From the NCBI GenBank assembly GCA_964016885.1, contig OZ024746.1:42966001-43030000 (forward strand): a stretch of DNA of 64,000 nt, read 5' to 3'. This document shows positions 30,911-44,188 of this stretch, in pieces (position 1 is the first letter of the stretch; every line of letters starts with the position of its first letter). The DNA is from Eledone cirrhosa. Lineage: Eukaryota. Both the position numbers and the translations under genes were made by a program. A model generated the notes under the pieces. The model saw only the letters and a program-made list of their open reading frames with translations, made no database searches and was not told the origin of the DNA.

Positions 30911-31147
30911 TAGTTACCAGCTTAGACTTCAGCTAAATACTCAATACTTGGGAAAGTAGAGGGTATATTTTGTAAATAGTTAATGCCCAGTGGCTGAGCT
31001 CGAGCTGGTATGACAGTGAGTAGATAAGTTATCCACTCACTGTAAAAATGGCATGAGCTTATCCATCAGGCACTATTTATCATACATATACTCTACTTTT
31101 CCAAGTATTGAGTATTTAGCAGAACAGGGTCTTGCTAGTTTAAACTA
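30911..31147. mobile_element. Foldback (palindromic) MITE-like element
   Basis: Left arm GCTAAATACTCAATACTTGGGAAAGTAGAG (from 30932) pairs with right arm CTCTACTTTTCCAAGTATTGAGTATTTAGC (to 31120); centre ACAGTGAGTAGATAA-G-TTATCCACTCACTGT. Confidence 0.75.
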
Positions 31148-31177
31148 GAATCTCTCTCTCCCTATATATATATATAT

Positions 31178-31494
31178 ATGCAATGTCAATGTGCATGAAC
31201 GACCAAGTATAGATGCGTTGAGAGAGAAACTGTAAGGGAGAGAAGACTGAGATGGTATGGACATGTGATGCACATGGAGGATGACCGCTGGGTAAAGAAG
31301 TGCAAAGAAATCCCAGTAAAAGGAAGACACAGTAGAGGAAGACCACAAAAAGCATGGGTGGAGTTGATGAGAGCAGACCTCAGATCGCTGAAGCTCACGG
31401 AGGAGATGACGAAGGACCATGACAAGTGGAGAGATGTTGTGCTGAATAGGACCTGCAAGCAGGGAAAAGCAGATGTAAAATGATGATGATGATG
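31178..31494 (+). mobile_element. RTE LINE 3' fragment
   Basis: Near-copy of 4278-4632; (GAT)n tail. Confidence 0.88.
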
Positions 31495-31768
31495 TGTATA
31501 TATAAGCCAAATATGGAACAAAATGTGCAACATATTTTTCAGCCCAACCCATGACAGCATGGAATGCAAACATTAATGATGGCAATGTTGATACGTCTGT
31601 GTATATATATATACACACACACATAAGGAAAACAAATTGAAAATGAAACTGGACTCTTTTAAGAATATTTATTTATTTACTTTACTGGTTTCACAGTTCT
31701 TATGATTTTCAAAAGTAAAATTGAGATGGAGGGTTTGTATATCATCATTTTACATCCGCTTTTCTCTC

Positions 31769-31812
<44 letters not shown>

Positions 31813-32059
31813 TGTGTGGCAACTTCCCCACTCCCCCCTCACATATAAGCATGAATTATTAGAAGCTGTGGTTTCTTGAATTGTAAGTTTGACAATCACA
31901 TTCTGATTATTCAAATGGTTGCAGTAGGGAAGCAGCATAAAATATTTAATTGTGAATATTTATAAGCTTACTGAAATATGTACTTTAAAATTTGACTGGT
32001 TGCTGAGAATACTAACATTTTTTTTACCAGCAAGTTATTAAACAACAATACACTAAACA

Positions 32060-32716
32060 TATATGCTCCGATGGATGTGTAATAGTAATATACGCGACCG
32101 ACAAAGCATAAATGAATTGAGAGAGAGACTGAGCATAAGAGGAATCAAATGCTGTGTGCAGGAGAGGTGGTTGCGTTGGTATGGACATGTGATGCATATG
32201 AAGGATGACAGCTGCATAAAAAGGTGCAGAGCACTAGAAGTCGATGGAAACCGCGGAGTGGGGAGACCCAAGATGACCTGGGATGAGGTGATAAAAGTCG
32301 ACCTTACCCAATTACACCTCTCCAAGGCGATGACACACAACCGTGACCTTTGGCATCACGCAGTAATACAGAGTACCCGACCTCCCATGGGTACAAGCTG
32401 AAGCATATAGACAATATGCCCCACGCCCTCCAACTGCAAGGTGGTCGTGGAGGTGCCACGGCAAAAAAGCACCCAGCCCACACTGTAAAGTGGATGTGTA
32501 GGCGCCACGGAAAAAAAGCACCCAGCACTCACTGTAAATGAGGTTGGTGTTAGGAAGGGGCATCCAGCTGTAAAAATCAAGCCAAATCAGTTCCTGTATG
32601 AGCAAGGCATGGTCAGCCGACCAGACACTGCCCACAACAGGACAACCCGTCTAACCCATGCTAGCATGGAAGAACGGACGTAAAACGGTGATGATGATGA
32701 TGATGATGATGATGAT
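32060..32716 (+). mobile_element. RTE LINE 3' fragment with long 3' UTR containing the SINE-like module
   Basis: Open MLRWMCN...RWYGHVMHM...GRPKMTWDEVIKVDL to 32401, then the AAGCACCCAGC/GGGCATCCAGC module and (GAT)n. Confidence 0.88.
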
Positions 32717-32717
32717 A

Positions 32718-33338
32718 TCTATATATATATAAAAGCAAGTTGGTCTGTGTGTGTGTGTGTCTGTCTGTGTACAAATACTAGGCTCCTTTTAACTTTTGAA
32801 GTACTAGACCGATTTCAACCAAATTTGGCCCACATGCTGCTTATATGCCAGAGCAGGTTTTGGACAAAAACAAATTTGAAAGAAAATCGATATTGGGGCC
32901 GAAAAATCGATTTTGTGTGTGTATCTGTCTGTGTACAAATACTAGGCTCCTTTTAACTTTTGAAGTACTAGGCCGATTTGCTTCAAGGAATGATATTTGT
33001 ATGTCCAGGGGATGGTCAACGTGGTAGTGGCAGCGCCATCTTACACGTAGGGTTTAGTCTACTGAAGGACATACGGTGCGTCTATTCCATCTTTATCCCC
33101 TTACTCATACCTACTACAGCAAGGCCGGATCTGAAATCATTCACGTCAATTAACTCAAGCTACCCCATGAATTGTTTTTATGTTGCCGTTTATTTCACTC
33201 AATCATGTCACTGTACACCCATTTTGTTAAACTTTTTTTTACAATTACATTTCAATTCTTTGCTCAACCTTTGGCTCTCTTTATATGGACAAACAGGCTG
33301 TCATTCATTTCCCGAGCAACGCCAGGTACATCTGCTAG
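32718..33338 (+). mobile_element. Non-autonomous Helitron
   Basis: A|TC 5' end; subterminal hairpin CCCGAGCAACGCCAGG; CTAG|T 3' end; internal ~65-bp direct repeat (32750-32815 and 32914-32979). Confidence 0.85.
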
Positions 33339-35109
33339 TATATATATATATGTAGATTACACATTTTTTGCTTATATATTGTTATGCTTCTTCCTTACTT
33401 GAACAATTGGAAACATGAAGCTCAGATGTACAAATAAAGAAGCTCCAGCTCTAATAATATATACACAATAATATATACTTTATATATTGAGTAAAATTTC
33501 CCCTTATTGTAAACCCAATCATTTAACTAAATGTATATATATATATGTAAATATATATATTTTACCATTTAATGTCTAATTTCCATGCTTGCCACCTGAC
33601 CTGTGCACCAGTACAGGCACTGCAACACTAAAAGTGAATGAGGTGAGGCTACAGTGTTTAGTATTTACATGAAGAGAATATTGAGTTATGGTTGAGCATA
33701 TGGCAATTTCCTCAATCATGTTGAAACATGTATGTACATGCAGTCAAGTTCATAATCAACCCATATATACATCTATGAGGTGCTGCATTATCATGTCATA
33801 CATAAGACAATTAGCACCTTTACTTTTGGGACAAACCTCGTATATATGTATGTGCGTGTGTTGCATGTGTGTGTTGTATATGTGTTGCATATACGTACAT
33901 GATTGGTAAATCACCTATTGGTTGACTTATCTTCTAAATTTGGTCATTACGTTCTTGATAATTGACTACCAAAAGCCAAAAGCAAAAATGACCCATGCCT
34001 CACCCCTCTTGAATTTTGTGATTGACAGAAGAATGCATGTACATTTTTCAGGGGAAAATGGCACAGAGTTGCATAACTGTCATTGATTAGCCTGCTCATC
34101 TGTAATTTTGCATTCTGAACTGATCATAAAATACAGGATTAATAAATTATTTCACCTTGTCTTATTCATTCATTGTTTAATGTCATATATTTGACTGTAA
34201 TTTTTAATGCTCTACTGCATATATCATCATCTTTCCACAAAAAAAACAGATTTCACTTTACTTCGATAGGATATTCACATCAACACTACATCGAGTTTTA
34301 AATTGGTTACATATGCTACCTTGATTAGGTAAAACAGTAATGTGTATATATATATATGTATATATAGTATAGGTAATTCAGTGAATTACTGGTGGTACCA
34401 AAGCAAGCATCCTTAAATTTTCAATCCACAATGTACCAGCATTCTCAATAATGTATTTATTACATATCTCACAATGCTTCATATAAATTACATCACTTAT
34501 TTATTACCACAACAATTCATTACCAAATCAGTTATGATGTGTCTATTTAGAGACAATTCGTAACCAGATCTCAACTAATACTGAAAATCTGGATACACCC
34601 AAAGAAACCTTTAAAAAGCTAATAAAAACAAATTATAAACAAAATTAAATGTATTAAAAGCAATATAATATTCAGGAAAGTAACTAGAAAAATCAATAAG
34701 TAGAAATAAAAATATGCTTTCTAAGTATCATTTTGTTTACATCGGTTTTGTCTTACTTAACATGTGTCATAGACAGAAGAATGTGAACTTATTTAACAGT
34801 CACCAAATAATTGAGTCACAAAATGATTCCTTTCATGAAAATCATCACATATAAAGTGAAGCTAAATGAATTTAAAATTTTCTACATGCAGAATTTGCAT
34901 GAAAAGTTTCAAGAGAGCTTTTCTAACCTTAGTTTTTAATTTGCTATTTTTCTATGGAAATCATTCATTAACATGATTTTATTCAATACTAAATTAAAGG
35001 AAAAGCATTTGTTGGCATGATATTCATTACCTCATAGGTTTCTTATCAAAGGGTCAACTCTCCCTCTCTCTCTCTCTATTATATATATATATATATATAA
35101 TATAGTTAT

Positions 35110-35430
35110 GTCAAGGACATGACACCCTTCCTCATGCTGGTGATCTACACAATAAAAGCACTTAGTACACGCTGTAAATTTTTGGTGTTAGGAAGAGCAT
35201 CCAACTTTAGGAAGCTTGCCAGACAAGGAGTTAAGAGGATCCTCCAGTTTATGTCAAAATACAAGACAACTTTTCCTCTGCACTCAATAATGACCATATA
35301 TAAGTATGTGACAGGCATCCTCAGTTAGTCCGTGATATCAGTGGCCCAACTTCAGTACTGACTTGATCTCTGTAGATCTGTTCAACCTTTCCCAACATTG
35401 AGAGTGTACGTTAAATGGTGATGATGATGA
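35110..35430 (+). mobile_element. Degenerate SINE-like module with (GAT)n tail
   Basis: AAAAGCACTTAGTACACGCTGTAAA...TTAGGAAGAGCATCCA. Confidence 0.6.
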
Positions 35431-36137
35431 CATATATATCATCACAGCAAAAATATGTGCCTAGCTTCAACTATATGTTTCTGATACAGCAGTCTAGTAA
35501 GAAACCAACAAAAGTGGTACTTTCATTAGAGGTGATATTCAACTGAAAATGAGCTTTAAAAAAATCCATATTAGAGAGGAAATGATAACAAGAAATTAAA
35601 TGCCTGTGTCAACAACAAGCATATAGAGCTGTAAAAATTATTTATAAAGGAACCACAGATTTCAAATCTAGACATTAAAAAGAAGTTCTAAGGGAAAAGT
35701 ATATGAGTTTCATACATTAATGCTGGAAATACTTCTCATGAAAACAGGGGAATACTTCATATGTAAATGGATTTTTACAATGTAAAATATTCATTTGAAA
35801 TTTGAGTTCTCTATGTAAAGAACTTTTGCAAAACTATCTGGGTGTGTTTAAAACAACTATTTTTTACATTTTATCTCTTCCCACAACTTGAATTCTTTGG
35901 CTCACATTCAGCTAAAGAAAGCCCCTAGTGAATGTATCATGCATTTTGTTTGGTCTGACAATATAGTGAGATACCAGAAATGCATATATATGCCAGACAA
36001 ATCATATAATTACCTATATATTTTACTATATATATATGGCCAAACTTTAAGTTTCCTGTATTGAGTAGAGTTCTATCTCTCTATCTCTCTCTCTATATAT
36101 ATATATAGATATATCTATATATATATTTACACACATG

Positions 36138-36194
<57 letters not shown>

Positions 36195-36950
36195 TATTAT
36201 TATTATTAAGTCATCCAATGCCTTGAGCTAGTGGTGAGGCATTGACAATACGCAATCTCCAAAGCTCTTGGTCGACCATTGCAGCACACATATCCATAGT
36301 ATTTTCAGCCCTGTGTCAATTTTGATGATTGATTTTGAGGTGATATAAGTCTAGCCAATATCTTTGCAACCAAATTCCAAAGAGCAATCTTCCAGTGGGT
36401 TCATCATTGGGAGTAACATTCCAGCAAGGACAAGATGATGATGCTTCACAATATCAGAGATATGAGGTAGAATTTCATGCAGGGACTTGTTTTTGGGGTG
36501 ACATTTCCATGAAATGTATGCTGAGCATAGCATTCTGGTGTATGCACCATAACATCTCTTGTGGCGAACAGCATTCAATGTCCATGATTCTGAACTCTAC
36601 AGCAAGATCATTTCTATGCAGGCATCAAACACACTTTTTTTGTGTCCTTGTGGATGGCTACCTTCCACACCCTCTGCAATGAGTGAGGCACATGATATGA
36701 CTAAGCAATCCTGGCATCCATATCATGGCCAGAATCTGTGTAACCACCAAAATTCTTGAAATCACTCACAAATTCAATATCTGAACTCTTAGATGCATGC
36801 AGGTGCTGACTGGTAGATGGATTCAAGTACATGTATTTTGTCTTTGGTGCATTCAGAAATATGGTATGCCTTCTCTATACTGATGAGGAGATTCTCTGTA
36901 GCTTCGATCATATTTTCGAGAAGCACAATATTGTCAGCATAGTAAAGATA
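36195..36950 (-). mobile_element. RTE-group LINE RT/3' fragment, decayed, with (AAT)n tail
   Basis: YADNIVLLEN.IEA.ENLL; GAYTRMLCSAYISWKCHP.NKSL...LPHISDIVK..HLVLAG. Confidence 0.8.
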
Positions 36951-37099
36951 ATATATATATATATATGTTGGTTGCAACTTGATTTCGAGTAATGCCATCA
37001 CTTGATACTAAAGCATGAGCATCAATCACAGACGTGGCTTTTTAGTCCAGCTAGGAACTTGCCTATTGTCAACAATGCCACGCATCAAAAAAAGTGTTA

Positions 37100-37250
37100 G
37101 ATATTAAGTGATACCTGTGTTTAAGCTTTCTGGCATGGTTTCTATGGCTGGATGCCCTTCTAATGCCTACCATATATACAGTGTGTACTGGGTGCTTTTT
37201 GTTGTGACGCCTACACAACTACTTTAGATTGTAGGATGTGTGCTTTTTGT
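37100..37250 (-). mobile_element. SINE-like module fragment
   Basis: GGCTGGATGCCCTTCTAATG...ACAGTGTGTACTGGGTGCTTTTT. Confidence 0.7.
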
Positions 37251-37325
37251 CGCACAATATCTTAAAATCTTGCATAATAATTCATATACATACATGTAAA
37301 TATATGTATACACACACGCACATAC

Positions 37326-37379
<54 letters not shown>

Positions 37380-38604
37380 ATATATATATATTGGCAATGG
37401 TTATGGTCAAGTAGGATTCAAATTGCATTGTATTTAATGCTGGAATCTGTAATATATTTAGCATAGCCAGATACTAACTCAAGGGAAAACGATTTCTACA
37501 ATTTATTCTTGTGTTATTTTATAGATGTCAAATACATGTCAGAGTTAGATAATTTGTTCTACTAAAATAAAGTTTACTACATTTCATTTGTTAAAAATAT
37601 CTTCCAGCATGTTGCATATATATTGAAAATAAACTGTAATTTTTTTTCATATGAGAAGATTCTTCATAATAATGAAAATAAAAATTTTACAATTTGTTAA
37701 AAATATTCTCTAAATAAGACAACAATAGGTTTTACTATATCCAACAAATTTAAGATTACTTTGCAATTGGTTTATGTTTGTTTGTTTTAATTAGATTCCA
37801 TATGTAAAGCTTTAAATCTATTCTTGTTTGTTAATCTGTTTGTGTGCAGGTGGATGTTGCAAAAATGAGATAAAAACTTGTCATCATTTTCTACTATATT
37901 AGACCTTTATAGAATAAACTCAAAAACTGTAATGAAGAAAGAGAGAAAAATGAGAGAGCGAGAGGGAGCAAGAGAATGATGGGTATGTGTGCATGCACAG
38001 GTCACTTTCTCTCTCTCTCCTGTACATGCAATTACACAAATACACAGGCACATATATATTCACACACACAAATATATTAAATATACATTCAAAATGTGAT
38101 GCCACTTCTAATTATCTCCTTTCCACCAGTCAAATTAGTAGTATATGCAAATGAGCATTTCCAACCGATGTTTCATACACAACAAACATATAGGTTTAAG
38201 TGAGTAAATATAACTGACGATAGATAAAACTCCAGAAATATATGTCTGGCATTCTTAGTGTCACTGAGATAGTTGTGACATGGTCATAGCTTATAAACAA
38301 ATTTGTAGGGAGACACTCATATGTTTATTATACACAACTATTTTATATATGATATATAATTTGTGTATGTATGTCTAGTAGGGAGAAATTCATAAAGATA
38401 TGTACCCAACAAAGGAAGATTTATTGTTCAGTAGTGTGTTGTTTCATTTATAAAAAGTCATCTTAAATTGAAAATCAAACCCATGAAGTTTATTTAGTGT
38501 TAGCTTGGTGTCATACAACAGTGAAGTCATTTGTGATCTCATTAGGCTGTGTATATTCTAGGTATGCTTAATGATAAATTTGCTTCATCAAACATTGCTT
38601 TACA

Positions 38605-38697
38605 GCAGTTGAAGAAGGTTACTTCTGACAGTACCTGCTGGAAGGAGTGTTGCCCCCATGACCCTCTTTTGAAGAAGTGGGCAAAGAAGAAGGAATA
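38605..38697 (+). mobile_element. Short 3' piece of an Expander/Rex3-like RTE
   Basis: Reverse complement is similar to 55441-55525. Confidence 0.6.
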
Positions 38698-38931
38698 TTG
38701 GTTTATATAGCAATGATGGAATAATCGTATCACAACATGCCAATAGATACCCATTAAATACTTTCAAAAATTAGCTTATAAGTACCTTCAATGATTTTGG
38801 TCACAAAATCACAACTAAACTCAGTAAAACAAGTATCTTATACATAACTCTTACATTGAAAACAGGCAAATATAAACCATGTAATAAACCTAATGACGAC
38901 CTAACATCAATATTAACTCTTGCCACTTAAC

Positions 38932-39303
38932 CATAGTCTTTAACAATATCATGTGAAATTGATGATCACTGGCAGCAAGCCCATCAAATTAGTCTAGAAA
39001 TAGGCATCATGTTATCTACTGGGTTGAATTATTATGCAAGATTTTATAACATTGTGCTAGAACAGTTCTGTAATTATTTTCAGTAATAGAGATCCAGTTG
39101 AAGATAACTTTTAATGTTGACAAAACCCTTGCAACACTTTAGAAAATATGGAAAGAAATTGTGGATACATCAATGAAGATCATCACTGAACAATCCATCA
39201 GCTCTTTTACATCATAGGAATCAATTAGATACATATGAAATTTAAACTCAGAATCTTGACATACTCATCTGTCTTCCCTGGGTTTCCCAACATGAAATTG
39301 AAG
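38932..39303 (-). pseudogene. Exon relic: NWD N-terminal-region-like
   Basis: ctcctttttag acceptor. About 95 codons with 2 internal stops: DVKELMDCSVMIFIDVS....*SVARVLSTLK....ITENNYRT, then a shift to IQPSR*HDAYF; resembles FID....A..LL..LK....E.N...GI.P..H..YL. Confidence 0.5.
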
Positions 39304-40529
39304 CTAAAAAGGAGTGCCAAGACAAGACATGAAATTCAATAAAAGGCATTGAGGTACAGAAGTCACACAGGAATCAATTTGTACATTTAAAAAGGGATTG
39401 TTGTCAAGAGGCTAGTAACCAAATATAAATAATAAATTAAATACATTTTACACTGGAATACTAATGTGTTTTTTTTAGACCTGATTTGAAAATGTTCTAA
39501 TGCCATCTTGCATGTATATTAGGATAAAGAGAGACTAAACAATAGACTATAAAATATAAATCTGCTAACATTTGGTTATTTCTTCTTACAAACTCTCAAC
39601 CTTAAATATAATGTCAGCAACTATTCTAATTTACACATTATAACCTAGTCAAACTAGCTGTTTATAGCAAAAATAAAGCATGTACTATTCTATTTGTTTT
39701 TATTATTATTTTGGCCTTTAAGCAATCTGCTATATACTTTTCTTCAAAGAGACTCAAAGTGAATCTTCTTTCTTTTACCATTATTTATTTTAGTTACTTT
39801 TGGTTGATGATTATCTTTTTCCCCTCTAATTCAAATCAAGACCTGTAAAACCTTTTTAACCTTAGTCTTAAATTATGGTGTGCATTTTGATCAATTTAGT
39901 TTTAATGGAACTATTGAAGTTGTCTCCATTTTCTATTGTAAAGCCTTGTTCATTATTTCTATTTTGTATTCACATAAAACACATTGCCGAACAATAAATC
40001 TTTATTGTTGTGTACATAACTTCATTAATTTATCCCTAAATTGCACTCACATTTCGGTTTTTGCTCACCTTATCCAAAACTTGCAATGCATACCAGAGTA
40101 TTTTCAAGCACATTTTTGTTTGTGTTTTTATTTTCCCAGAGACGATAATAAACACATTAAAATCGGTTTATTTCTAAATGAATTCTATATTTGCAATGTG
40201 ATTAACTTAAAAGTTAAAGCTAGATAGAAACAATGTCACTTCGTTTGAAAATAATAAAATTATATGCAATTATTCTCTGAAAACCAGTAAAATGAAAGGT
40301 AGTCATATGATTACATGCCACAACAGATACTCACTGTCGGAAGGTTAATAACAATTATTGCTTAGAAAACATTAGTGATATTTGAAATAACAGTTGGAGA
40401 TCTGAAGAATAAATAGTCTCAAATTCACTTTAAATGTTGAAAGGAAGCAAAGCATGAATGGAACTTTCCAAAAGAAGTGAAGTGTGAAAGGTTATTATTA
40501 ATGAATTTTGAGAGAAACATTAGATTTAC

Positions 40530-40752
40530 CTTTAAGATGTACTAATATGGCATGTTCCAAGGCAATGTAAGATGGCATATGTCCAAACTTAGTAATTCTT
40601 TGAACATCTTGGCATGAGACAAAAACCAAGCAAAGGGAAATGAGTACAATGTATAGAAATACTTCTGCCACATAGATGCAGAGAATATGTTAACATCTTT
40701 CCTGAGATGAGAATTTACATACATTCCATTGGGAAGTAGTAAGGTTGAATTA
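40530..40752 (-). pseudogene. Exon relic
   Basis: Acceptor ttttactttcttttaag and donor AAG|gtaaat. STLLLP...SMWQKYFYTL, then a shift to ITKFGHMPSYIALEHAILVHLK. Confidence 0.45.
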
Positions 40753-41499
40753 CTTAAAAGAAAGTAAAAATAAATTATCACATATACTACAACCTGTCTA
40801 GTAAAAGGCATATAAAATATTATTTGTGCTCATGAAAGATAATTATTGAGGATAATTAGAGATGCTATCAATGTCCATAGAGCAAAATATATTCCATTAA
40901 CTATTTTGATACTAAAATTCTTAGAACATTGGATAAATTGCTTTGCAGGATTCATTCTGGCCCACTGAGGTCTGAGTTTAACTATGGTTTTCATCCTTTT
41001 GAGGTCAATAAAAAAGTATCGCTCCAGTGCCAGGGTTGATTCTCTTTTGCCTGTACAGGCAATATTGTTCATTATCTTATTATGATACAATGGCAACATC
41101 ACCCTCCCCAAATATAACAATATCTTTAGTATATAGGATTATTATTCATTTTAGCTTCCTCATAGCTAGTGTTCTGAGGATCCACTTGAGGAGAATACTG
41201 TTAAATGCCTTCAATCTTTGCCTTGATTAGATAATTTACTTTTCTACTGTTTTGGCAACATCTGTCTCAAGTAATTTGCAAAATCCATATTATATGTTTC
41301 TCCCCAAACTCTGTATCAGCTATTATATTCATTTGTGGACAACCAGACTGCAGAAATATCTTCCTTTATCTGTTTCTGTAATGTCTTATCTTTTAATACT
41401 TGAAGTTCTATGTCAACTAACTTATTTCATTTATTCTCACAATCCTCATACACAAACATTTGCTATAATGTGTCATTGAGAAAATTCCTTATTTAAATA

Positions 41500-41680
41500 T
41501 TCTTCTCCTCCTCCTCCTTCTTCATCTACTTCTCCTCATTTTACTCCTACTTCTCATATCCTCCGCATATGATGATGATCATCATCACCCTCATCATCAC
41601 CCACTCTCATCCTCCCGTTTATTAATCATCATCTTTATCATTATCATCTTTCTCATTGATATCATCATCATCTTCATTGT
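41500..41680. repeat. (CCT)/(CAT) low-complexity tract
   Basis: Read directly from the sequence. Confidence 0.85.
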
Positions 41681-43744
41681 CGTGCACTATTTGACTATGA
41701 AACGAAGCAAATGATTTGATATTTCATTAGATTTATTTAATTGATTTCGTGATAACTTTCTGCATATATTTTCATAATGGGTGCATGTTTACCAATAAAC
41801 TCAGAAATTCTATAACTATGCAAAATAATCATCAAAAACAAAACTATAATTATGAAAATCAAAAAATCTAACTTCAAAATATTTCCAGCTATTTCGTTAA
41901 TGCAAGTTTCTCTATATTTTATATTGCTTTGTCTTGAAGATTATCAACAAACAGAAATCAGTTCGTTTACAATAATACTGAGATTAATTCAAAATAGAGA
42001 GCTACATAATTCCAACTGCAAGCCTGTTATGAATCTCAATTAAAGACAATTGAATTTATGTATACTTCTATTCCAGTTGAGAAAAGCATCAATGTCATAC
42101 AATTTCACATATTTACATTTCCTTCATCTGTAAATTATATATCATATTTGGCATTGTTTTTACAGATGGATACCTTTCCTCACTCCTAGGAAACAAACTG
42201 CATGATATTTTTTTGTTTTTTACTTGGTTGATCTGGAGGAAGAGGCAATGCCCATGGCCTTCACAGACCCCCTTAAACTGCTGTAAGTCCCCTCATTTGG
42301 GAATGACATAAGCAGGGAGGGGCTTCTGGATACGGTCTAGATTGCCAAGGTGAGCAATGGCAGCATTAGCCCAAATAGAAAAATATCACCCCATTAGTGT
42401 CTCCTCAGAAACTTGTAGAGGTTCGTTAATTCTTATGGATTGAAGTATTTTCTAGCCCTGAAAGTGAAGCACAAGTCTTCAGCATGCATTAACAATAGGA
42501 TTACAAATAAGTATAACAAAACTTTTAAATAAAACAATATTCTTTATAGACAGTGTTTATTAATGGTTTGTATTTGTGTACTTAAAAATGTAGAAGTTCC
42601 TCCATGCAAGTTGACTGACAGATAAAATAAAAAAAAAGATGATTAAGAAATTGTAAATTATCCTTGGAATCCTTTTATCAATTAAAAGAAAATATACAAT
42701 TCTACATTGTTCATTTAATGAAAAGTTAGTATCATACTTTCTTTTCTGAAAAAGAAAAATTAAACAGTGTAAATAACTTCAACTCTTATCCTCCTGTAAT
42801 GATTTAGCAAAAGCTATCTACAAATGAGTTTGTTAATTCAAATGTTTACAGTACATTTAATGATTGTTGCTATAATTTGCAGTAAAGTAAAGACTTTAAT
42901 CTTTAATGTAATATAGTTAGTCATACTCGTAATTTATACTTTTCAATAATGTCTTGCTAATGTGCATTCATGCAGTACAGGACTTAAAGTACTAAACATA
43001 TCTTCTTACATGTTTTCTGAGGGATTGAAATAATTCCATTTTAACAAATAATCATATATTATGTTCAGCAATATAAACAAGATGTTACAATTTGTAGCAT
43101 GAAGAAATCCCTACGTGTATCTGTTAATCTCAATAACATTGTTATTTCTGACTCATCAATGAAAATTTCTGTTTCTATTATAGAAATACACTGTTCTATT
43201 CTGTATAATACTTCTTCAATTGTTCCACTAAATGCTAACTCTTATTTCCTTACTTGTCTATAAATTTATTTCTAGCCTTTATTTGTAACACAAACACCAA
43301 CAAAGATAGTAAAAGCAGTGGATTGGCAGAAGCTGTAAAGCATCAGATGAAATGACTTGCAGCATATGTTCTCGTTCTCATTCTCTGTGATCTCATTTCA
43401 AATTTCCCCATGTTCTGTTTTGTCTTTAATCCTTCCAGAGTCGATAAATAATGTATATGTCTATAGCAGCCGACCTGCTATAGACATATATAATACACCT
43501 GATTATTGAATAAAATACTTTGTGGTATTTGTTGCAGTTCTTTGTGTCCTGAGTTAAAAAAATATTGTGGCTTACTTTCTACAATCAATCACTCAGTTCA
43601 ACATCACCTGGCTCTTGCAAACATCCAAGCAAGGTCTGGTTTGATGATACCTTCATTTTCCCCCTCTTGAAGCATCTGAAATAGGCCTAGGATACTACCT
43701 TTCTTCCTAACTAAGCAAAATAATCTTTTCAGTGTTATTGCTGG

Positions 43745-43962
43745 TACCATGTTAAAATGCACCAAGCCCAGTGTGTAAAGTCATACTTATGACTTTACAC
43801 ATCCAGTAAGGTGGCTGGAGTGAGGAAAGGTATCCAGCTATAAAAACAATCCCAAGTATGGAATATAATGAGCAAGACTGTTAGCTCTGACCTTTTTTCT
43901 CTTGGACAACCCATCTTACGTATACCAGTATAGAAAGGGGTAATAAAATGATGATGATGATG
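43745..43962 (+). mobile_element. Degenerate SINE-like module with an internal foldback insertion
   Basis: GGAAAGGTATCCAGCTATAAAAA; (GAT)n tail. Confidence 0.65.
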
Positions 43963-43974
43963 GTCCAACATTAT

Positions 43975-44188
43975 TAGTGAATTGTCAGAATAAGTAGAGA
44001 GTCAGAAACCATGCTTTGCAGCATAGAGGTACGTCCCTTTACGTTCTGAGTTCAAATCCCGCTGAGGTTAGGTTTGCCTTTCATCTTTATGGGGTCCATA
44101 AAATAAAGTAGCAGTAACAAACCGTGATCGATTTACTCGACTTTCCCCTCCCCCAATTTGCTGGCCTTGTGCCTAGAGTAGAAATCAG
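43975..44188 (+). mobile_element. tRNA-derived SINE
   Basis: GAGTTCAAATCCCGCTGAGGT...GCCTTTCATCTTTATGGGGTC...TGCTGGCCTTGTGCCTAGAGTAGAAA. Confidence 0.85.
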
